The position numbers were made by a program, and so were the translations under genes. The notes below the pieces were generated by a model, which did not search any database, was not told the DNA's origin, and saw only the letters and a program-made list of their open reading frames with translations. This document shows positions 56,973-64,000 of a DNA stretch of 64,000 nt, one piece after another (position 1 is the stretch's first letter; every line of letters begins with the position of its first letter). The DNA is from Gemmatales bacterium (GTDB lineage Bacteria > Planctomycetota > Planctomycetia > Gemmatales > HRBIN36): the NCBI GenBank assembly GCA_041640595.1, contig JBEPZY010000005.1:160001-224000 (forward strand). Direction: 5' to 3'.

Positions 56973-57296
56973 CGGTGCATCTCCCGTTGTATGTGGCCCG
57001 GTATTGCGGAAACCAGGAGCATCAGCGGGCCGCATAAGTTCAGTGTGAGCAGGCGATCGCAAGTGGCAGATAGAAAGCAACGGAGCTTCGCTCATTCGGC
57101 TGCCATTCCCAATCAGCAGCCCGGCATGGATCATCTCCAGGCATCAGCATGCACTGCCGACATTTCCTGGCGTCAGGCTAGTTCCAGCGCGACGGAGCTA
57201 TTCATGCTCGCCATGACTGGCCACGTTATTGATAGAGTTTACGCAGCTAAGCAGCATCGCACAGCCGGGAGTGTGCTCCGTCGGTCCACGTGCTTG

Positions 57297-58988
57297 CTAG
57301 CCGGCTTTAGGAACTATCGTGATCGCTCCGCGTGCGGCACTGGAAACGAGGGCGGCATATTTAGCGAAGACACCGTGGGTATAGCGTGGAGTTGGAGGCT
57401 TCCAGGAAGCCCGGCGAGACTGCAACTCCGCCGCTGAAATTTCCAGATTGAGCTGCCGTCGGGGAATGTCGAAAACGATCATGTCGCCATCACGCACCAG
57501 GGCAATGGGCCCGCCGACTGCTGCTTCCGGTGCAACATGACCGGCCATCAAACCATGGGTGGCGCCACTGAAGCGACCGTCGGTGAGCAGGGCGACGCTT
57601 TCGCCCAATCCAGCGCCTACGATGGCACTGGTTACGCCCAGCATTTCGCGCATCCCCGGTCCCCCTTTCGGCCCTTCGTAGCGGATCACCACCACATCAC
57701 CGGGACGGATTTCTCCAGCGGTAACCGCACGCATGGCGTCTTCCTCACGGTCGAAGACGCGGGCCGGACCACGGTGATACGTTCGCTCATGGCCAGCAAT
57801 TTTGAGTACCGCTCCTTCCGGGGCCAGATTCCCTTTGAGGATCACCAGCCCACCGTTTGGTTTCAAAGGCCGATCGCAGGTTGTAACCACATCCTGTCCG
57901 GGGGTTTCGACGGCCAGCGCAGCTTCTTCCGCGAGGGTCTTGCCGGAAGGCGTCATTTGCCGGCCGTCCAGTTTGCCATGCTCCAGCAGATGTTTTGCCA
58001 CCAACCGTGTACCCCCAGCGCGATCGAGGTCGGCAGCGACGTATCTTCCCCAAGGCTTGAGATCGGCGATAATTGGCGTGCGACTGCTCACGGTGTCGAA
58101 ATCGTCAATGGTCAGCTCAACACCGGCCTCGTGGGCAATGGCCAGCAGATGGAGCACCGCATTGGTGGAACCACCAGTGGCGGCTACGCCGGCGATGGCG
58201 TTTTCAAACGAGCCACGGGTCAGGTAATCCCGCGGTTTCTGGCCTCGCCGCAGCATTTCCATGACCAGTCGGCCACATTCGTAGGCGACCTGTTTTTTCC
58301 GCGGATCGAGGGCAGGGGGACTGGCGCTGCCCATTGGCGACAGTCCGAGAAACTCCAGGGCCAGTGCCATCGTGTTGGCAGTGAACTGTCCGCCGCAGGC
58401 TCCTGCTCCTGGACAGGCACAGTTTTCAATTTCGCGGAATTCCTGCTCGCTAAGTTTGCCACGGGCGAAAGCACCCACCGCTTCAAACACATCTTGAATG
58501 GTCAGAGAGCGATCCCGCCAGCGTCCTGGTGCAATCGAGCCCCCGTACAGAACAAAGCCGGGCACATCGCAGCGCAACAATCCCATCGCCCCGCCCGGAA
58601 TGGTTTTGTCGCAGGCCACTAAACACACCAGGGCATCGAAGAAATGTCCACGCCCCACCAGTTCGATGGAATCGGCAATGACCTCGCGGCTGATGAGACT
58701 GGCTTTCATCCCTTCTGTGCCCATGGTCACACCGTCGCTGATGGCGATGGTGTTGAACTCCATAGGGGTCCCGCCGGCAGCACGGATTCCTTCTTTCAAT
58801 GCCTGCGCTAAATCGCGTAGATGATAATTACACGGCATCGTTTCCACCCAGGTATTGGCAATGCCAACCAGCGGACGCGACAGGTCTTCGTCTGTAAAGC
58901 CGATGGCTTTCAGCATCGCCCGTGCGGGTGCCCGCTCGGGGCCATCCAGAAGGATGCGGCTACGGTGACGGGGGTCAAAATCAGCCAT
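57297..58988 (-). CDS. ilvD: Dihydroxy-acid dehydratase
   Basis: [43 protein letters not shown]. Confidence 0.95.
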   Translation of the reverse strand: MADFDPRHRSRILLDGPERAPARAMLKAIGFTDEDLSRPLVGIANTWVETMPCNYHLRDLAQALKEGIRAAGGTPMEFNTIAISDGVTMGTEGMKASLISREVIADSIELVGRGHFFDALVCLVACDKTIPGGAMGLLRCDVPGFVLYGGSIAPGRWRDRSLTIQDVFEAVGAFARGKLSEQEFREIENCACPGAGACGGQFTANTMALALEFLGLSPMGSASPPALDPRKKQVAYECGRLVMEMLRRGQKPRDYLTRGSFENAIAGVAATGGSTNAVLHLLAIAHEAGVELTIDDFDTVSSRTPIIADLKPWGRYVAADLDRAGGTRLVAKHLLEHGKLDGRQMTPSGKTLAEEAALAVETPGQDVVTTCDRPLKPNGGLVILKGNLAPEGAVLKIAGHERTYHRGPARVFDREEDAMRAVTAGEIRPGDVVVIRYEGPKGGPGMREMLGVTSAIVGAGLGESVALLTDGRFSGATHGLMAGHVAPEAAVGGPIALVRDGDMIVFDIPRRQLNLEISAAELQSRRASWKPPTPRYTHGVFAKYAALVSSAARGAITIVPKAG

Positions 58989-59232
58989 GGTTCGACTCCA
59001 GTTGACGGAAATTCCTGGTTTCCGAATGCACGTCGGTCGGGTTGTTTCCGCCGCGTGGCACCGATGGACCAGAATATTCCGGTGGACGCGGAATTTATCA
59101 GTTGCCTGATTCCTGCGAAGTTATGCCGGTTCCTTCGTCTGCTGATTACGAGACCGGCAAGGATGGGGGCCATTTTATGCCTGATCCGCATCACCAGCGA
59201 GTCGTGAGCTAAATTTCAAAGGGAGAAAAGCC

Positions 59233-60180
59233 ATGCTCTTCGGAAAAAGCAACGTTTCTGCCTTCGCGACAAACCGTCCGGAATCCTGGAAGCTGGAGCT
59301 GAGCCGACTGGAAGACCTGCCCATGTTTCCCACCTGGGCGGTGGAAGCGCTGGAAGTTGCCAATCAGCCGGATGCGTCGCTACGGGACCTGGCCCGCGTG
59401 ATTCAGCGCGACATCGTCTTGACAGCGGGGATTTTGAAACTCGCCAACAGCTCCTTATACTGCACAGGCCGCGAAGCTACCACCGTCGAACAGGCGGTAG
59501 TTCGCCTGGGAATTGTTCGCTGTCGTCATGCCATTCTCACGGTGGGTATGCGTAGCATCTGGCGTGAAGGGACGCGCCGACTCCAGCCTCGCTGGGCCCA
59601 GTTCCTCTGGTATCATTCCCTGTTAGTAGCCCATATCGCCGAGCGATTGAGTTATCGCTTGCGGTTGCCGTTTCAGGGTGAAGAGGTGCCGGCCGGACTG
59701 GCTCACGATCTCGGTCGTATGGTGCTGGCTTTCGAGCATTGCCCAGCACCGCTGGCACGTTGTGACGACGCATTTCTGGAGACCTCCACCATTCTCCGTT
59801 TGGAACGCGAACAACTCGGCACCGAACATGGTGCCATCGGTGCATGGTTTTTGCAAATGAACCGGCTGCCGGCCTTCCTGGCCGACGTCGCGGAATATCA
59901 CCATCGCCCCGAGCGGGCCACGCAGCACCGGGAGTTAGTGCAGTTGATCAGCGTCGCAGAAGACCTGGGCAACTACTGCTACGCCGCCAGCCACGGCACT
60001 TTTTACGAGCCTGGTTCACAGACTCGGGAATGGTTGCGGCGTTATTTCGGCGAAGATACAGGCGAGATCGGAGAAATCATGCCAGGAAGCGATCGGTGCG
60101 GCATGCCCTCCTCCAGCCAGATGCTACAGCAAATCCTGCTCGAAGCTACGCAGCAAACCCAGCAGATGTTCGGCTCCTGA
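59233..60180 (+). CDS. HDOD domain-containing protein
   Basis: LPMFP, ILKLANS, AVVRLG, WYHS, GLAHDLG, HGAIGA, YHHRP. Confidence 0.85.
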   Translation: MLFGKSNVSAFATNRPESWKLELSRLEDLPMFPTWAVEALEVANQPDASLRDLARVIQRDIVLTAGILKLANSSLYCTGREATTVEQAVVRLGIVRCRHAILTVGMRSIWREGTRRLQPRWAQFLWYHSLLVAHIAERLSYRLRLPFQGEEVPAGLAHDLGRMVLAFEHCPAPLARCDDAFLETSTILRLEREQLGTEHGAIGAWFLQMNRLPAFLADVAEYHHRPERATQHRELVQLISVAEDLGNYCYAASHGTFYEPGSQTREWLRRYFGEDTGEIGEIMPGSDRCGMPSSSQMLQQILLEATQQTQQMFGS

Positions 60181-60377
60181 AGGAACAGCACGAAGCGAGA
60201 AAAAGCAAGCCGGTATTATACGCTTTTCTCTGCTAACCGGACGCGACGCCGTTGAAAATACACATGCTGTCATTCACAACCCGAAGGAATCGGACAGCGT
60301 TTGAGTAAGGGTAACCGGATGCGCCTTCCCGCTTTAACAATCGCGGCTCCGTTATTGCAGGCGTGTATCCCAGTTCT

Positions 60378-60404
60378 CCCGGCCGGCTAACGCCTGCCGC
60401 TTTT
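60378..60404 (-). repeat. Dispersed REP-like copy between convergent genes
   Basis: Reverse complement AAAAGCGGCAGGCGTTAGCCGGCCGGG resembles the 20023 unit. Confidence 0.6.
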
Positions 60405-60521
60405 GTGTGCACATCCTCGTGCGTATGCGCAAATTCGCACCGACGGTATAGCCCAGGCTCGTCGGCCGAACGATGGGCACAAGGCAATTTTCCGAATCGA
60501 GGACAAAGCAGAGTCCGACGG

Positions 60522-61937
60522 TTATTCAAGCGAAGGGCCGAGCATTTTTTCCGGCCGAACAATGCGGTCGAATTCCTCGGCACTGAGCAGACCCAGTTCC
60601 ACACACACCTGCTTGAGGGTCTTGTTCTCAGCAAAAGCCTTCTTGGCCACACGGGCGGCGTTGTCGTAACCAATCCGCGGACTCAGTGCCGTTACCAGCA
60701 TGAGCGAGCGTTCGACATAGCTTTGCAACTGGGCCACATTGGGGCGGATGCCGACTACGCAATGCTCGGTGAAACTGCGGCACGCATCCGCTAACAGTCG
60801 CAGCGACTGGAGCACGTTATAGATAATCACCGGCTTGAAAACATTGAGCTCGAAATTGCCCTGCGAGTCGGCAAAAGTCACCGTGGCATGATTGCCGAAC
60901 ACCTGCACACAGACCATTGTCATCGCTTCACACTGTGTAGGATTGACTTTGCCGGGCATGATGGAGGAACCCGGCTCATTTTCGGGCAAGAACAGTTCCG
61001 CCAGACCACAGCGTGGCCCCGAACCCATCCAGCGAATGTCGTTGGCAATTTTCATCAGAGCCGCCGCCAGTGTGGCACAGGCACCACTGAGTGCCACCAG
61101 CGGTTCGTGACTGGCCAGCGCGGCGAATTTGTTGGCAGCGGAGACAAACGGATACCCGGTTAGTCGTGCGATCTCCCGTGCCACACGCTCGGCAAATTCC
61201 GGGTGCGTGTTCAATCCCGTGCCGACGGCGGTACCGCCTAATGCCAGCCGATACAGAAACGGCAGAGTTTTTTCCACGGCTTCCAGGGCGTCATCGAGTT
61301 GAGCGACGTAACCGGAAAGTTCCTGGCCGAGAGTTAACGGCACCGCGTCCATGAGGTGAGTGCGGCCGATTTTGATGAGACCGGCGAACTCCTCAGCCTT
61401 AGCGGCCAGGGCTTCCCGTAGCTGTCGCACGGCTGGCTGCAAACGTTTGCGCACTTCTTCCACAGCCGCGATGTGCATCGCCGTCGGGAAAGTATCGTTC
61501 GAGGATTGCGACATGTTGACGTGGTCGTTGGGGTGAATCGGTTTCTTGCTGCCAAGCTGGCCTCCCGCCAGTTCAATGGCGCGGTTGGCGATCACCTCGT
61601 TGACGTTCATGTTGGTCTGCGTACCGCTGCCGGTTTGCCAGACACGCACCGGAAAATGGTCGTCCAGCTTGCCCGCGATGACTTCGTCGGCGGCCTGGAT
61701 AATCAACCGCGCTTTGTCTTCCGGCAACAAGCCCAGGTCGCGGTTGACGATCGCTGACGCTTTTTTGATGATCCCGAATGCCCAGATCACGGCCCGGGGC
61801 ATCCGTTCCTCGCCGATGGCGAAATGGATGAGCGAGCGTTGCGTCTGGGCTCCCCAATAGCGATCGGCGGGCACTTCGATCGGCCCCATAGTGTCAGTTT
61901 CGGTGCGTGTTGCGGTTTTGCCAGCGGTGGTGCTCAT
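60522..61937 (-). CDS. fumC: Class II fumarate hydratase
   Basis: [43 protein letters not shown]. Confidence 0.96.
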   Translation of the reverse strand: MSTTAGKTATRTETDTMGPIEVPADRYWGAQTQRSLIHFAIGEERMPRAVIWAFGIIKKASAIVNRDLGLLPEDKARLIIQAADEVIAGKLDDHFPVRVWQTGSGTQTNMNVNEVIANRAIELAGGQLGSKKPIHPNDHVNMSQSSNDTFPTAMHIAAVEEVRKRLQPAVRQLREALAAKAEEFAGLIKIGRTHLMDAVPLTLGQELSGYVAQLDDALEAVEKTLPFLYRLALGGTAVGTGLNTHPEFAERVAREIARLTGYPFVSAANKFAALASHEPLVALSGACATLAAALMKIANDIRWMGSGPRCGLAELFLPENEPGSSIMPGKVNPTQCEAMTMVCVQVFGNHATVTFADSQGNFELNVFKPVIIYNVLQSLRLLADACRSFTEHCVVGIRPNVAQLQSYVERSLMLVTALSPRIGYDNAARVAKKAFAENKTLKQVCVELGLLSAEEFDRIVRPEKMLGPSLE

Positions 61938-62140
61938 GGTGGGTCTCCTGGAAGCCTTGTATTCTGGTGCCATCGAGCACAATAGCGCGTAGCCGGAAGC
62001 TATCTGCTGTCGCCCGGCCAAAGAAGCCGCGGTCAGCATTGTCTTCCTGCCACGTTCTCTATGATATGCAACAATTGCTCCGGGCTGGCCGGAGCTTGGA
62101 ATTTCCGTAAACGCCTGCCCCTTGGCTCAACGGACTGACC

Positions 62141-63463
62141 ATGCTATCCGAATCGCTTTCTCTTGTAGCGGCTGCTCGCGCTTTACGAGCGGGTACGCTC
62201 ACTTCCGAAGAACTCACCCGTGCTTGTCTGGAGCGTATCCGCCAGGAGGATGGCCAGCTGCAGGCATGGGTGCTGGTAGATGAACAATCGGCCCTGGAAC
62301 AGGCGCGACGTTGCGACCAGGAACGGCGTAGCGGTTATGATCGCGGCTGGTTGCATGGCATTCCGGTAGGAGTGAAGGACATCATAGACGTGGCTGGCTG
62401 GCCGACACGTTGTGGCGTACCTTCGCCCGATGCGTTACCGGCCCACGAGGACGCTTTCGTAGTGCGACGCCTACGTCAGGCCGGTGCGGTCATCCTGGGC
62501 AAAACCGTTACCACGCCGTACGCGGCGTTCGATCCGCCGCCCACCCGCCATCCCTGGTTGCCGGACCGCACACCCGGAGGTTCATCGAGCGGTTCCGCGG
62601 TAGCGGTTGCGCGAGGCATGTGTCTGGCGGCGTTGGCGACACAGACCGGAGGTTCCATTACCCGCCCGGCCGCTTATTGCGGTGTGGCCGGCCTGAAACC
62701 TACTTATGGTCGGATCAGCCTGCACGGTGTTCTGCCGTTTGCCCCTTCTCTGGATCACGTCGGAGCCATCGCTTGCAAGGTAGCCGACTTGGCAGTTGTG
62801 TTTTCGTCTTTAGCAGGTTTTGACCCGAATGACCCGCAGAGTGTCAATTTGCCTGTGCCAGCGTGTGAGGTGTTACTGCAACAGTTCGAGCATCCGCCAC
62901 GGTTGGGCCTGATCTCAGGACCGTGGGAAGAACGCGTGGCGTCGGTGTGGCACGAACATTTCGCCTGGCGTATGGCTGCCTGGCGTAATCGGGGCGCTTC
63001 GTTTCAGCAAGTGCAACCGCCCGACGGCTGGCAGGAAGTATTGCGCTGGCATCGTGTGATTATGGCAGTGGAGGCTGCCACTTTCCACGAAAAAACCTAT
63101 CGGCATCATCCCGACCGTTATCCTCCGAAAATCGCCAGCTTGATCGAAGAAGGTGTACGTACGGCCGCCGTCGAATATGTCCGTGCTCGCCGCGAACAGG
63201 AGCGTTTTCGCCGGGAAATGGTTGCCCGTTTTGCTGAAGTGGACGCGCTCATAACACCCGCTGCCCCGGGACCACCGCCTGGCGCGGAAACGACCGGCGA
63301 TCCATGCTGCAACGCCCCCTGGTCTCTGCTCGGCTATCCGACGATCAGTTTCCCGATTGCTTACACGGCCGCCAAAGAACCGCTGGCGGTGCAGTTAGTG
63401 GGCCGACCCTTCGCGGAATCGGCACTGTTTGCTGCCGCCCTGTGGTGCGAGGCTGTCGGATAG
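62141..63463 (+). CDS. Amidase signature family protein
   Basis: GVKDII, GKTVT, PGGSSSGSA, TQTGGSITRPAAYCG. Confidence 0.88.
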   Translation: MLSESLSLVAAARALRAGTLTSEELTRACLERIRQEDGQLQAWVLVDEQSALEQARRCDQERRSGYDRGWLHGIPVGVKDIIDVAGWPTRCGVPSPDALPAHEDAFVVRRLRQAGAVILGKTVTTPYAAFDPPPTRHPWLPDRTPGGSSSGSAVAVARGMCLAALATQTGGSITRPAAYCGVAGLKPTYGRISLHGVLPFAPSLDHVGAIACKVADLAVVFSSLAGFDPNDPQSVNLPVPACEVLLQQFEHPPRLGLISGPWEERVASVWHEHFAWRMAAWRNRGASFQQVQPPDGWQEVLRWHRVIMAVEAATFHEKTYRHHPDRYPPKIASLIEEGVRTAAVEYVRARREQERFRREMVARFAEVDALITPAAPGPPPGAETTGDPCCNAPWSLLGYPTISFPIAYTAAKEPLAVQLVGRPFAESALFAAALWCEAVG

Positions 63464-63660
63464 CGAGATCTCCGTGGGTGCCTTCATTGCTATCCCTGAT
63501 TGGCCGGACATGCAGCAGAATTGCCACAACTGCTCAGGCCAGCGCGGCAACAGTGCCCTGTAGAATCGTCAAACAACGCCATCCATGTGAGGGACTCGGC
63601 CCGTTTCCGGATAACTGCAACGACTCTGGAGACCGGCGTACTTTGCCTTTATTGGCTCGG

Positions 63661-63987
63661 TTAGTTGGAAACCTCGCGTTGTTCCTGAGCACTCGGAAGT
63701 TCCTGACCCACATGGGAGAGGAACGATTCCACCTTTTGAAGCCAGCCACGCAGGGCATTTTCCAGCAATTTGCATTCTCCTAACAGTTGCCGATACCAGT
63801 CCTCTTTGAGATCGGGAAATTCCGGAAGACTGCAGTTCGGTTCAGCTAAGTTGGCGTGTTGGGCGCAATGTTCGAGGAATGCGGACTCCCGCTGTTCTAA
63901 CGCCGCCAGATCCGCTTGCATCACTCTTTCCACTTCGGCTACTAAAGCGTCTGCCGCCTGGCTAATCGAGTCGGACATAGCAGCCAC
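63661..63987 (-). CDS. Hypothetical protein
   Basis: Acidic helical ORF with AAGG upstream; no family recognised. Confidence 0.45.
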   Translation of the reverse strand: MAAMSDSISQAADALVAEVERVMQADLAALEQRESAFLEHCAQHANLAEPNCSLPEFPDLKEDWYRQLLGECKLLENALRGWLQKVESFLSHVGQELPSAQEQREVSN

Positions 63988-64000
63988 TCAACCTTCTGTT

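Noticed and set aside
56241..58622. Long plus-strand ORFs (398 and 361 aa)
   Set aside because: Antisense shadows of the TIM-barrel gene and ilvD, typical of GC-rich coding DNA

Overview
Chromosomal window from a planctomycete, probably Gemmatales-like and possibly thermophilic. The assignment rests on a PVC-type CxxCH protein, a TIGR03009-like protein, the PVC small basic protein and a 23S-5S rRNA unit with no linked 16S. The 23S gene (~6219-10883) is interrupted by two group I introns, each encoding a LAGLIDADG homing endonuclease. They insert after the equivalents of E. coli U1931 and U2511. Housekeeping genes include the rpsA 3' end, tig, two clpP, rfbA, rlmN, greA, rtcA, ilvD, fumC, tRNA-Gly(GCC) and tRNA-Lys(CTT). 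Less expected features are: (i) a protoglobin plus Cys-tailed MarR operon with a near-consensus promoter and two TAGGA-n-TCCTA palindromes; (ii) a ZntR/MerR-type regulator followed by a 20-bp-spacer dyad promoter and an 81-aa membrane-anchored peptide with two CPLTGExLPCPQCCPL repeats; (iii) tandem Tat-signal YaaW-like paralogs just downstream of the 5S gene; (iv) clustered and dispersed REP-like hairpin repeats. No CRISPR array, transposase or prophage was recognised. All protein calls come from motif recognition by eye, with no database searches.
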